DNA of 64,000 bases from Verrucomicrobiales bacterium (GTDB taxonomy: Bacteria; Verrucomicrobiota; Verrucomicrobiia; Verrucomicrobiales; V1-33). The DNA lies in contig JBBQWG010000001.1 of assembly GCA_038210825.1 (NCBI GenBank), forward strand, positions 151,630 through 215,629. Direction: 5' to 3'. The notes beneath the pieces are model-generated. The model did not search any database. It worked only from the letters and a program-made list of their open reading frames with translations, and was not told the origin of the DNA. The position numbers were made by a program, and so were the translations under genes. Shown in pieces: positions 34,601 to 43,785 of this stretch; position 1 is the first letter of the stretch; each line of letters starts with the position of its first letter.

Positions 34601-34905
34601 GCGAAGCCCTCGGCTCCCGCCTCCGCCCGATTCTCATGACCACCGCCACCACCCTGATGGGACTGGCACCCCTCGTTTTCCTCGCCGGAGCGGGCACCGA
34701 ATTATACCGCGGGGTCGGGGCCATCGTGCTCTTTGGCCTTGGTTGCACGGCGATTATCACCCTGACATTTCTGCCCTCCCTGTTGGTGCTGGTGATGGAA
34801 CTAGGGACGCGTTTCGGAAAAAACCGGCCCCAGCCTCCTGCGCCGGTGCAGGCGATGGGGGCCGGCCATGAGACTATTGCCCCGGCAAGTATAGGGGCGC
34901 ATTGA
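31687..34905 (+). CDS. RND efflux transporter permease (AcrB/HAE family)
   Basis: 1072 aa with 12-TM RND topology. Typical motifs include GIAFAIGMTIDNTIVVLE and VFLPLLF. Confidence 0.92.
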   Translation: MMEAILKRGTLVTVITAMLLLLGLIAATRVPVQMIPDLDTRIITVETRWPGATPQDVEKEIIIEQEDYLRGLPNLRRMTSQATTGSATIELEFPFGTDVNEALLRVNNALSQVPSYPENTDEPVLRTNSFSYNAFMSFRVVPLPGNPRKLDMDMMRDFIGDNARAPLERVPGVSQVEVGGGAARQIQILVDPARLAERGITLTDLRDAVRARNLDLSAGDVDSGKRRYLLRTVGRFETLGELEDLILVRRGDAITRLRDVATVQLDHFEISNRSYTNGVSNIRLSLIRETGSNVIAIKRAVLPVVEQINRDVLNPAGMEMLISNEDVRYVEDSVKNVWTNILIGAGLAACVLFLFLRSASATLIGMCGMPVCAVASFIGLLLLGRTINVISLAGVAFAIGMTIDNTIVVLESIQQERQKGKSRFQAALDGTRAVAAAVLSGTMTTVLVFLPLLFVKEEAGQLFSDIGIAISASILVSMLVAVTLVPVAFANLPEGKSKGAPALATAPKRRLLEPLAWLFGHPLRRIGVILTTLALTGAALFFLTPPAEYLPEGEEAKSFSTMIAPPGYNLPEMEKIAESLQAEILPALDTDPAAFDRGELTIPPLARFTVIAQAQSLRVIAETKDPKHIDAFMEVINARFRVHPGMRAFSSRGSIISSNDGGTRAVALDLSGPDLPAIYQAAGTTFRRAEEVIEGAQINSVPASLVLGQPLLQIKPKWERLAEMGITLQDFGFGVASLTDGAFVDEFFLNDDKVDIFLYDQAINRQSLDEIPGFTLWSPQGTAVPLSTLADISETVDTANIRRVDGKRTVTLYVIPPRSLPLETAVNKVREEVVGHLRATQSLPPGVTVDISGASDQLDATRASMAGNLWVAVVLCYLQLVIIYRHWGDPFLILATVPLGISGGIAGLWLLNFAGGLLPSIGLPEIRQPFDMITMLGFLILLGTSVNNPILIVDRAMHNRRLLGMAPLDAVREALGSRLRPILMTTATTLMGLAPLVFLAGAGTELYRGVGAIVLFGLGCTAIITLTFLPSLLVLVMELGTRFGKNRPQPPAPVQAMGAGHETIAPASIGAH

Positions 34906-36418
34906 TGCCGACTGGCAAACCCAGCAAAACCCAAACCACCAGCAGCGCGCTCCAGCCAACGAGGAATGCGATGGAGTAGGGCAGCATGGAGGCGATCATG
35001 GTGCCGATGCCCGCCTCCCGGTCATACCGCTGCGCAAAGGTCAGGATGAGGGGGAAATAAGCCATCAGCGGGGTGATGATGTTGGTGCAACTGTCGCCCA
35101 CCCGGTAAGCGGCCTGCACCAGTTCCGGGGAGAATCCCAGCAACATGAACATGGGCACAAAGATCGGGGCCAGCAGCGCCCACTTGGCGGAAGCGCTGCC
35201 GATGATGAGATTGATGGCCGCGGAGAGGACGACGAGGGCAATCAGCAGCGGCACCGGCATTTGTTCCAGACCGGCCGACCGGATCAGCTCCGCCCCTTTG
35301 ACCGCGAGGATGATGCCCAGATTGGTCCAATTGAAATAAGCAATGAACTGGGCGGCGAAAAAAGCCAGCACCAGATAGGAAGCCAGGGTGGCCATGGATT
35401 TTTCCATTCCGAGCACCACGTCCCGGTCCGAACGCACCGTTCCTGCCCCCAGCCCGTAAGCCAATCCCAACCCCACCCCCATGATAAACAAAAATGGCAC
35501 CAGGTGGCTGAAGAAGAGCGAGCGGAGAATCGGATCCGCCGTCTGCTGCGGATCGCGCAAAAATCCCCCGGCGGGCAGCAGACCCCATAGAATGACCCCG
35601 GTGGCGAGGAGAGCAAACAAACCTGCCACGACCAATCCCCGTTTCTCCCGGCCGGTCAGAGGCTCCAGCCTTTCCACGGGAGCATCTCCCCGGTAGACCC
35701 CTAACCGGGGCTCAATAAGCCGGACTGTCACCCAGGTGCCCACCCCCGTAACCACCAGGGTGGATACCGCCAGAAAATAATAGTTCGCCAGGCCCGTCAC
35801 GGCATACCCGGGCGTGATGAGATTGGCCGCGCTTTGGGTCAGGCCGGCGAGCAGCACATCCACCGTGCCGACAAGGAGATTGGCGCTGAATCCGCCGCTG
35901 ACGCCCGCAAATGCCGCCGCCAGACCCGCCAGAGGATGCCGGCCCAGTGCATGAAAGATGGCCGCAGCCAAGGGCACCAGCAGCACGTAACCGACATCCC
36001 CGCCCGCGTTGGACATCACTCCGGCGAACACCACCATCGGCGTAATCAGCCAGCGGGGTGCCGCCAGCACCATGCACCGCACCACCGCATGGATCAGGCC
36101 GGTCGCTTCCGCTACCGCAATGCCCAGCAGGCACACCATCACCACGCCGAGCGGGGGGAAGTTGATAAAGTTAGGCAGGGTTTGGGTGATGATGCGCTGC
36201 AGACCTGCAGTATTGAGCAGACTGACCGCCTGAATCGTCTGGCCATTCGCCGGATTGACCACCTGCAGCCCGGCCGCCGCAAACACCGCCGACAGTCCCA
36301 CCAGAAGGAGGCAGAGCAAAGCAAACAGGGTGGCCGGCTGCGGCAAAGCATTCCCCAGCCGCTCCACCAGATTCAGGCCGCGTTGGATCCATGGGGCGGG
36401 TGTGTCCAGGGACTTCAT
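34874..36418 (-). CDS. AbgT-family transporter (p-aminobenzoyl-glutamate transporter family)
   Basis: 514 aa. The N-terminus LNLVERLGNALPQPATLFALL and the polytopic profile are typical of AbgT. Confidence 0.85.
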   Translation of the reverse strand: MKSLDTPAPWIQRGLNLVERLGNALPQPATLFALLCLLLVGLSAVFAAAGLQVVNPANGQTIQAVSLLNTAGLQRIITQTLPNFINFPPLGVVMVCLLGIAVAEATGLIHAVVRCMVLAAPRWLITPMVVFAGVMSNAGGDVGYVLLVPLAAAIFHALGRHPLAGLAAAFAGVSGGFSANLLVGTVDVLLAGLTQSAANLITPGYAVTGLANYYFLAVSTLVVTGVGTWVTVRLIEPRLGVYRGDAPVERLEPLTGREKRGLVVAGLFALLATGVILWGLLPAGGFLRDPQQTADPILRSLFFSHLVPFLFIMGVGLGLAYGLGAGTVRSDRDVVLGMEKSMATLASYLVLAFFAAQFIAYFNWTNLGIILAVKGAELIRSAGLEQMPVPLLIALVVLSAAINLIIGSASAKWALLAPIFVPMFMLLGFSPELVQAAYRVGDSCTNIITPLMAYFPLILTFAQRYDREAGIGTMIASMLPYSIAFLVGWSALLVVWVLLGLPVGINAPLYLPGQ

Positions 36419-36477
36419 GTCAGAAATAGCAGGTAAGTTTCATCAAGCGGGCCCCAGTTCCTCCGACAAAAACCAAA

Positions 36478-37692
36478 TCAGTTGGTTCGGCGGAGTTTCT
36501 TCAGTGTTGCCATCGCCTCTGCAAAGCCCTTGCCGATGCCGCCGAGGATTTTAGCTGAGCCGAGATAGTGGAACTCCGCGTTGGAGACGCCTTTTTCCAG
36601 AATCATCCGCTCGCGCTCCGTCAGGCCCTCCGAGCGGAGCCTTTCCACCGCTGCTTTTTCCCCGGCGGGCTTCAAAGCGCCCCCGGTCGCAAGCTTCTTT
36701 GCGCGCTGCTTGATTTCGTCCTCCTTCGCCCGCGCCGCTTTCATCTCGGGATCCCAATATTTTTCCGTCAACACGATCGCGACGTTTTCCTTGAATTCCG
36801 GCAATTCGGCCGGGGCCGCCATGGCGTCACGGAAGTTTTGATGCGTCGCCTGGTATCGCCGCTCACCGGGGCCATACTCCGCCGTCGGCCCGCCGACGCC
36901 GAGCACGCCGATGACGAAGGGCAGCTTTGGCGCATTCAAATCCCGGCGCACGTCGCGGATGAAATGCGCCATCGCGATGCTGTAGGCGTCGTAGCCGCCG
37001 GGCTTGTCGCGTTGCGGATAGGTGTCGCCATCGACCATGTCGTTCCAGCCTTGAAACCACGCGAAACCCGCCACTTCATAACCTTGCGCCGCGTCGTAGC
37101 CGGGCACCACGCGTTTGAGATCGCCGAGCACCGCTTTGACATGCTCTACCATGAGCCGGTAATAAACCCCCGTCGCCGCCACCTTCTCCGCTTTCACTTC
37201 CTCCACGTCCCTGCCCTTTTTTTCCAAGGCGGCAAGTTGCGCTTCGCTGAACTCATACGGCCCGGCCCCGGGTGGGCGGAAATCAGTGTTCAGGCTCTTG
37301 CCGCCCCACGAAGTCTTGATGAGCAAAATGGGCGCATCCGTGAACTTCTCCATGTATATTCCGAACGTAAACTCCGGCCCGATTTTCGGCCCGGCGTTCG
37401 ACGCGCCAAAACCCGCCGTCAACTTCCCCGTCTGCTCCGCCTCCGCGCAACCGATGGAGGAAATCCACACGCGCCCGCAGACCTTGGGCTTCCCATCCGC
37501 TCCCAACATCTCCGCCAGCATCGGTTTCGTCGCCGGGTCCATGCCGATGTGCTCAAAGGTGCTGACCTTGGCGTGTCCCTGCATGTTCGATTGCCCGGCG
37601 AGGATGAAGACTTGCAGCGGCTTTTTTCCCTCGGCGGATGAGTGGCCGCAAAAGAGCGCAAAGAGCGCCAAAAGAGTGGGAATCCGTTTCAT
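36478..37692 (-). CDS. Sialate O-acetylesterase-like SGNH carbohydrate esterase (DUF303 family)
   Basis: Signal peptide MKRIPTLLALFALFCG, then VFILAGQSNMQGH. ATG at 37690-37692 lies within ORF 36478..37809. Confidence 0.75.
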   Translation of the reverse strand: MKRIPTLLALFALFCGHSSAEGKKPLQVFILAGQSNMQGHAKVSTFEHIGMDPATKPMLAEMLGADGKPKVCGRVWISSIGCAEAEQTGKLTAGFGASNAGPKIGPEFTFGIYMEKFTDAPILLIKTSWGGKSLNTDFRPPGAGPYEFSEAQLAALEKKGRDVEEVKAEKVAATGVYYRLMVEHVKAVLGDLKRVVPGYDAAQGYEVAGFAWFQGWNDMVDGDTYPQRDKPGGYDAYSIAMAHFIRDVRRDLNAPKLPFVIGVLGVGGPTAEYGPGERRYQATHQNFRDAMAAPAELPEFKENVAIVLTEKYWDPEMKAARAKEDEIKQRAKKLATGGALKPAGEKAAVERLRSEGLTERERMILEKGVSNAEFHYLGSAKILGGIGKGFAEAMATLKKLRRTN

Positions 37693-37874
37693 GTCAGGAT
37701 TGGGAAGTTGAAGTTGAGGATGCGGCGGGTGGCGAAGGAATGAGTGAAGCTTGCCATACTGCCCGCAGGAAGCCGTTCCTTCACTGGGGTGTCTTTTTGC
37801 CTCTGTCAAATTGATCGGTTCCCTGGTCAGGTGCTAAAAAAAACCAAGATGTGAGAACTGACCGCATTCACTTT

Positions 37875-39545
37875 TCATTTCCTCATAACCTCTTCCTCCA
37901 TCTCCCGCAAAATGTCCTGGATCTGGGTCAATTGCACCGGTTTCGTCAAGTGATGGTGGAAACCCGCCTCCTGTGCCAAGCGCTTGTCGGATACCTGTCC
38001 CCAGCCGGTCTGGGCGACCAGGGTAGTGTCCTGTAGAGCATCAAGCTCCCTCAGCTTGCGACACACCGTATAGCCATCCATGTCCGGCAGGCCAATGTCG
38101 AGGAGGATCAGGTTTGGCTGAAAGTGCCGCGCCGTCGCCAAGGCCTCCTGGCCATTGAAGGCCAGGCGCGTTTGATGGCCGCGCATCCTCAGGAGCAATC
38201 CCAGGGTTTCCGCCGAGTCCTCGTTGTCGTCGACAACGAGCACCCGGAAAGACGTTTTGGCGGCGTCAGCAGCCGGGCCCACCGCCGCCGCGGGACGGGC
38301 CTTGGTCGCGGAGGCCTCGACGAGCGGGAGTTTCACCGTGAAGTCGCTGCCCTTCCCCAATCCTTGGCTGCTCACGGAAACGACACCCGCGTGGAGAGTC
38401 ACCAGATTCCTGACCAAGGCGAGTCCCACCCCCAGCCCGCCCACACTTTTTCCCTCCTTGTTCCCCACTTGGGCGAACAATTCGAAGATGCGCTCGGTTT
38501 GGTTTGGTTCCAAACCCACCCCGTTGTCGCGCACGCTTACCAAAGCATGGCCGTCCGCCTCGCGGACGCTGATACACACGAGTCCGCCCGGAGGCGTATA
38601 TTTCGCCGCGTTGTTCAGCAGATTGGAAAATATCTGCAGCAGACGCGACATATCGGCATGGACGGCAAGCACTTCATCGGGCAGGTCAAGCTCAAGAGTA
38701 TGCCGCATGCTCTCATAGAGGGGGCGCGACTCCTGGCAGGCCATGTGGATCGCCTGCGCCAGGCTCACGTTCTCCATTTGCAAACTGATCTTTCCGCGGG
38801 AAATCCGCGAGATGTCCATCAAGTCGTCGATCAGGCGCACCATGTGCCGGAGTTGCTGCTCCATCATGCTCCTTACCCCGCTCAAAGGTTCTCCCATGTC
38901 CTGCTGCTTCATGAGTTCCAAGCCATTGGCGATCGGAGCAAGGGGGTTGCGCAATTCGTGGGCGAGGATCGCAAGGAATTCGTCTTTGCGCCGGTCCGAA
39001 ATCTGCAGGGCGTCCTGGGCCGCCCGCGCCTCCCGCAGTGCCGCCGCGAGATCGCGCCGCGCGCGCTCCAAAGATTCCGCCAACATGCTGGCATGTTCCG
39101 CCTTTTCCTGTGCGAGCAGGAGGTTGGACCGCGCCTCCCGGGCCTGACGGTCCACCGAGAACGCGCGGGCGAGCAGCGGAAGCAGTTGAAAAAGGGGATC
39201 CTCCCCGTCAATGGCCGGTGCCCCGCCAATGAGGACCACGATCAGCCCATCGGCACCCTTGCGCCCCAGCACCGGCTGCGCCCCGGAATCGTCATTCAAA
39301 GGCAGTTCGGCTTTCACATGACCTACCTGCCCGCAGCGCCTCAGGAAGCTCTGCCAGGCGCGGCCATCGCGCAGCCTTGCCTTGAACGCCGGGGCAGGCA
39401 GATAGTTTTCCACCGTGTCATCCCATTCGAAGATGAGCAATTCCCGCGCATGATAACAGGCGGCAAGCCGAGCCGAAGTGTCCCCCCGCGCCATCGGCTG
39501 GGCGAGGGACGCGATCAGGGCCAGCTTATCCCCGTCCAGGTTCAC
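37875..39545 (-). CDS. Hybrid sensor histidine kinase/response regulator
   Basis: HisKA H-box FLAILAHELRNPLAPI, HATPase N/G boxes (NLLNNAAKYT, GLGVGLALV), and a C-terminal receiver domain (VLVVDDNEDSAE...LLDIGLPDMDG). Confidence 0.88.
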   Translation of the reverse strand: MNLDGDKLALIASLAQPMARGDTSARLAACYHARELLIFEWDDTVENYLPAPAFKARLRDGRAWQSFLRRCGQVGHVKAELPLNDDSGAQPVLGRKGADGLIVVLIGGAPAIDGEDPLFQLLPLLARAFSVDRQAREARSNLLLAQEKAEHASMLAESLERARRDLAAALREARAAQDALQISDRRKDEFLAILAHELRNPLAPIANGLELMKQQDMGEPLSGVRSMMEQQLRHMVRLIDDLMDISRISRGKISLQMENVSLAQAIHMACQESRPLYESMRHTLELDLPDEVLAVHADMSRLLQIFSNLLNNAAKYTPPGGLVCISVREADGHALVSVRDNGVGLEPNQTERIFELFAQVGNKEGKSVGGLGVGLALVRNLVTLHAGVVSVSSQGLGKGSDFTVKLPLVEASATKARPAAAVGPAADAAKTSFRVLVVDDNEDSAETLGLLLRMRGHQTRLAFNGQEALATARHFQPNLILLDIGLPDMDGYTVCRKLRELDALQDTTLVAQTGWGQVSDKRLAQEAGFHHHLTKPVQLTQIQDILREMEEEVMRK

Positions 39546-40702
39546 TCGGGAAAAATGCCAATCACGGCGGTGCAGTTGTGGAAGCCGCCAAACTGCCCCT
39601 CACTGCGGGCGATCTGGCCGTAGGTGTTACAACCAATGTAGCGCGCCGGGAGCAGACTATTCTGCAGGGCCTTGAGTTCCAAACCGAAATCCTGCCCCGT
39701 CCGCAGACGGGTGGCTACACAGTCGAAGAAGATGGCCGCCTTGGGCTTGTGGCCGTCCATCTGCGAAAGCGCGTGGCGCGCCGCCTTCTCGGCCGCTTCC
39801 GCTGCAGACATCGCCGAGGCGCGCATGATCCGCACCACACTGCCCTCCGGCACTTCCGCCGCGAAGGTGATGGCACCATCCGCCTCCAGACTCAGCGGCA
39901 CGCGCAGGCGGTGTTGGCCTTCCGTCTCTATCCCCAGCACATTGGACAGGAAGAATGGCAAGGGCTCGTCCAAGGCGAAGCGCTGGCCGCTCTCCTCCGC
40001 ATGCCGCTGGAATGCTTCCACGGCGGGAGAGGCGTTCAGGCTCAGCACCCGGCTTCCCGTGCTTTCCGTGACGCGCAAGGCGGGCCCCGCCGGCTCCCAA
40101 CCGTGACGCACGCCCACGCCGATGGGCTTGTTGGAAAGAATCTCCAGAGCGACGGCCGCATCGGTGTGAGCTTGGGTGCCAAAAAACACATGCGTGCGCT
40201 GGAACTTCGCGTCATCGCCCGCCCCCCCTCCGAACAATTGATACATCCCATTGGTCCGCAGATTGATTTCCTCGATGAGGGAATCAGCAAAGCCCGCCAG
40301 GGCATCCGTCAGGACCAGCGCGCTGCGATACGCATACTGCTGATTCGAGATGCCTCCAAAAGCCGCTACGATGTCTGCCGCTGCCTGCTTGCGATCCGCT
40401 TTCAGTCCCTCTCCAAGTCCCGCCGCAAAGGCCATGTCGTCGGCCTGCAGGGCCAGCACGCAGGCCGTCTCCACCTGGGCCGAATCGCTGGTGAACTCCC
40501 CCGCAGACGAGCAGCCAACGAGCAAGCGCGGGCGGCAGGTCGATTGCAACGTTTCCAGCAGGATTTTGTAGTCGTAGCGCGGGGAGGCGAAGACAATGAG
40601 GGCGTCAGGCAGGCCGGCCAGGTTGGCTTCAATCTCCCGGCCCAGTTCCTCGCCCGCCTCCCGGCTGTCCAGGTTGGTTGTGTGTGCAATGGCTATGTTC
40701 AT
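39542..40702 (-). CDS. FIST-domain sensory protein
   Basis: The layout resembles FIST_N/FIST_C (MNIAIAHTTNLDSREAGEELG..., YGQIARSEGQFGGFHNCTAVIGIF). A 4-nt overlap with the downstream kinase gene suggests an operon. The Met start at 40702 is chosen over the GTG at 40753. Confidence 0.72.
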   Translation of the reverse strand: MNIAIAHTTNLDSREAGEELGREIEANLAGLPDALIVFASPRYDYKILLETLQSTCRPRLLVGCSSAGEFTSDSAQVETACVLALQADDMAFAAGLGEGLKADRKQAAADIVAAFGGISNQQYAYRSALVLTDALAGFADSLIEEINLRTNGMYQLFGGGAGDDAKFQRTHVFFGTQAHTDAAVALEILSNKPIGVGVRHGWEPAGPALRVTESTGSRVLSLNASPAVEAFQRHAEESGQRFALDEPLPFFLSNVLGIETEGQHRLRVPLSLEADGAITFAAEVPEGSVVRIMRASAMSAAEAAEKAARHALSQMDGHKPKAAIFFDCVATRLRTGQDFGLELKALQNSLLPARYIGCNTYGQIARSEGQFGGFHNCTAVIGIFPE

Positions 40703-40955
40703 GCGAAAAATTTTCTTTCGAAATAGGTGGCTGCCAGAAAATCCCCGTTTCACCCCTCAGCTCCTTTCCCACCCAAGGCCCGGGGTCGGGGGGAGGTAGG
40801 GGGCGTTCAGCGCGTGGCGGTCATGACTGGCCCGATTCAGCTGGATGAGTCAACGGTTATCTGCCAAGATATCGGCCTTTTCCCGGCGAAGATTAAACAT
40901 CCCCTAAACGACGATTAAAACTTTCCCGAAGAACTGTTGTCCTGGAATCCACCCC

Positions 40956-42740
40956 ATGAACTGGCGAGATCCCCTCCTGTATCTGGTGTGTCTGGTGGCT
41001 GGCGTGGCTGGTTATGCCGCACGCATTGGTTTAACGGGGCCGGAAGATGCTGTGCTCCTTGCTCCGGTAAGCCGCAGCTTGACCGGACCACCGACGGAGA
41101 CTGCTTCCCCGACATCAACCGCTGGAAACGGCCCCTACCTCAGCCGCTTGGCCAAGGCGCAAGCGCAGGACATGCCGGATCTAGTTGCCGATTACGACTC
41201 TATTGCCGATCCTTGGAAGCGGGAGGATGCCCTGAAAGGACTCATCGCGCGCTGGGTAGAACTCAATCCTCGGGAGGCATTGGAGTTTTTCATAACACTA
41301 AATTCCCACAAAGGAGTCGAAACCGTCCTGGTGCAATGGGCCCTGCTGGAACCTGCTGCGGTGCTGGCCGTCTTGCAGGAATCCAAGGCCGCCCTGCCTC
41401 GCGTGGAGTCCATTCTCCAGAGATTGAGCATTATTGATGGAAAAGCAGCGGTGCGGTTTCTCCTTGCTTTGCCGGAGGGAAAAGCGGTCCCCGGACTGCT
41501 CTCGTCCAGTAATTGGCGGGACATGGTGACGCGCATGGCCCATGCGGATTTTGAGGGAATGCTGAGAACGCTGGACCGGTTTGCGGAGCTTGGGCGATAT
41601 GAACGCCATCAGGTGATCGCGGCCATCGCAGCTGGCCGGGCGCTCAGCGATCCCGACGGCGCTTTGGAGTGGGCCCGCGGGCTGGAGAAAGGAAGCAGGC
41701 AAGCTGTCGGACAAGTTCTGCAAACCATCAGCTCATGGGATCCGGCCCGAGCATCGCGGGAATTTTTGCGGACGCCAGAGCTGATGGCCGCCGTCATCAA
41801 AGGGAGTTCCGAAGGTTCCTTGGTGGAAAGGATTGCGGCTCAGTTAGGAAGGAAGGATCCAGCTGCGGCACTTCGCTGGATACGGGAGGCAGTGGGGAAA
41901 GAAGAAAACGTCCGGCAGTTGGCTCAGAGTGCGGCCGCACAGATTCTCCAGCAGGCCTTGAGGGATCCTTCGCGGATCGGGGAAGTGTTCACGGTGGTCC
42001 AAGGCGATCTGGACCCGGGGAACTTCATGTTTCCCAGATGGGTCGCTGAAGGAAAACTGAGTGCCGTGCTGGAGGCCGTGAGTGCTTTGCCCGTTGGGGA
42101 GACCCGGGACCGCTTGTTGGCAAATTTGGCGGCCCAAGCAGCAGCATCGAATCCGATGGCCTCCCTGAAATGGCTGGAGGCCATCGCCGATCCCAAAGCG
42201 AGGGAGGCCTATGGGGCTCAGCTTTCCCTCCAGTCTGGCCCTGAGACCTCTGTGCTGGCACGTCAATTTTACGAAGCTCTCCCATCGGACCTGAAAATCA
42301 GTGCCGCTGCCCGCTTGGCAGAGACCCAAGCGAGGGACCATGGTCCTGCAGCCGCAGGTTGGGCGCAATCCTTGCCGGACGGTGCTGCCATGGAAAAGGC
42401 CTTGGCTTCCGCTTTGTCCGTTTGGACCTCCAAGGACTCCGAAGCCGCTTCCATCTGGGTGGATGAGATGCCGCCGGGGCCCGCGCGCGATGCGGCCGCA
42501 ACCGGCTTGGTGCAGGGTATTTTAAACCGGGAGCCTTCCTCAGCCTTTATTTGGGCGATGAGTATTAATGATCCCGCGCAACAGGAAACCAGTCTTTTGC
42601 GGACCCTCGTCCGGTGGCGGCAGCACGATGCCGCCGCTGCCAGCGCCGCAGTGGCGGCTGCCGCTTTACCCGAAGCCCGGCGAAGCGGGTTGCTGCAATT
42701 TATTCACTCCAACGAACGATGGAACGAGCCCGCAAACTGA
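40956..42740 (+). CDS. Hypothetical membrane-anchored alpha-helical repeat protein
   Basis: 594 aa. An N-terminal TM (LLYLVCLVAGVAGYAA) is followed by repeated DPxxALxW-type helical units. I recognise no catalytic motif. Confidence 0.6.
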   Translation: MNWRDPLLYLVCLVAGVAGYAARIGLTGPEDAVLLAPVSRSLTGPPTETASPTSTAGNGPYLSRLAKAQAQDMPDLVADYDSIADPWKREDALKGLIARWVELNPREALEFFITLNSHKGVETVLVQWALLEPAAVLAVLQESKAALPRVESILQRLSIIDGKAAVRFLLALPEGKAVPGLLSSSNWRDMVTRMAHADFEGMLRTLDRFAELGRYERHQVIAAIAAGRALSDPDGALEWARGLEKGSRQAVGQVLQTISSWDPARASREFLRTPELMAAVIKGSSEGSLVERIAAQLGRKDPAAALRWIREAVGKEENVRQLAQSAAAQILQQALRDPSRIGEVFTVVQGDLDPGNFMFPRWVAEGKLSAVLEAVSALPVGETRDRLLANLAAQAAASNPMASLKWLEAIADPKAREAYGAQLSLQSGPETSVLARQFYEALPSDLKISAAARLAETQARDHGPAAAGWAQSLPDGAAMEKALASALSVWTSKDSEAASIWVDEMPPGPARDAAATGLVQGILNREPSSAFIWAMSINDPAQQETSLLRTLVRWRQHDAAAASAAVAAAALPEARRSGLLQFIHSNERWNEPAN

Positions 42741-43732
42741 AGCTCCGCACCTACTCCCTGGTCCTCGCGGCGTCAGGGCTCTGCTTTTTGGCAGGCTGGA
42801 ACATTGCGGGCCGGCGGAGTCTGGTGAGCGATCAAACCCGCCCAACAGAAAATACGGAACCCAACGGAAACGCGACCGTTCCCCATCAGATAGGAGAAAC
42901 CGTGCAGAGCAGCTCCTTGTCGGGTGGCGGGACCTTCGCCGCTTTGCTGGCCATGGAAGCAGAGGCAGCGGGCCTGAAGCCGGAAGACTGGGCGCGCTTA
43001 TGGCGGAAACGGATGCGGACCGGAGAGCATAACGGCTTGGCGCGCCATTGGGTGAAGGCGGATCCGCTTGGTGCTTTGAAGGCAGCCCTGGCGGCAGCGG
43101 ACGAAGCTTCTTTGAGCGATCAGGAGAGTTACGACTTCCAGTATCTGGGAGGGGCCGCGATCGATGAACTGTTCTCCCGCAGTCTGCCGGAGGCACTGCG
43201 GGGCATGAGTGAGTGGCGGGAGACCTATGGCGCATATCCCCGTCTGGACTGCCTCCATCTTCTTGTGACCGGAGATGCGGCACAGAAAGCCGCGCTGGCG
43301 GATTTTCTACGCAAGGAAGGACCCGAAAAGATCCACGCAAGAATAACCGGCGATTCCCTGAACGTGCTGGAGGCCCTGGACCAGCCAGGAATGCCCTCAC
43401 GGCCTGACATTCAGGGAGACATTGTGTGGGAAACCATTCAAACCCGGCCGGTGGAGACAGTAGATTGGATGTTGAAGCAGGCCCAGCCGATCAGTCCGAA
43501 ACTGATGGAGAGAGCTTTAAACGGCTTCCGCGCCGTGGTGGGATCCTCAAGGGAAACGACGGAAGCGATGGAGCGCCTCCTTGAAATCGCGCCACCGGAT
43601 ATGGTGGACGAATACGCAGAGGATATTGTGTCCCGGAAAGCTTCATACGATCCGGAAGGCGCGCGCTTATGGGCCGAAGAGCACGTGCCGGAAGCGAAAC
43701 TTAAAGAGGTGCTCCAGGAGCTTGCGAAATGA
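42719..43732 (+). CDS. Hypothetical membrane-anchored helical repeat protein (related in style to the upstream gene)
   Basis: The start MERARKLKLRTYSLVLAASGLCFLAGW (TM anchor) lies within ORF 42614..43732. It overlaps the upstream stop by about 22 nt. Confidence 0.55.
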   Translation: MERARKLKLRTYSLVLAASGLCFLAGWNIAGRRSLVSDQTRPTENTEPNGNATVPHQIGETVQSSSLSGGGTFAALLAMEAEAAGLKPEDWARLWRKRMRTGEHNGLARHWVKADPLGALKAALAAADEASLSDQESYDFQYLGGAAIDELFSRSLPEALRGMSEWRETYGAYPRLDCLHLLVTGDAAQKAALADFLRKEGPEKIHARITGDSLNVLEALDQPGMPSRPDIQGDIVWETIQTRPVETVDWMLKQAQPISPKLMERALNGFRAVVGSSRETTEAMERLLEIAPPDMVDEYAEDIVSRKASYDPEGARLWAEEHVPEAKLKEVLQELAK

Positions 43733-43785
43733 GATCCGCGGGCATGCCTCCCCTTGTTTGATTTCAGAATCCAGCAATTAAGCTT

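Noticed and set aside
34874-34905. Convergent 3'-end overlaps: RND permease with AbgT (32 nt) and selD with selB (14 nt at 54143-54156).
   Set aside because: Short convergent overlaps are common in compact high-GC genomes. There is no evidence of regulatory significance from sequence alone.
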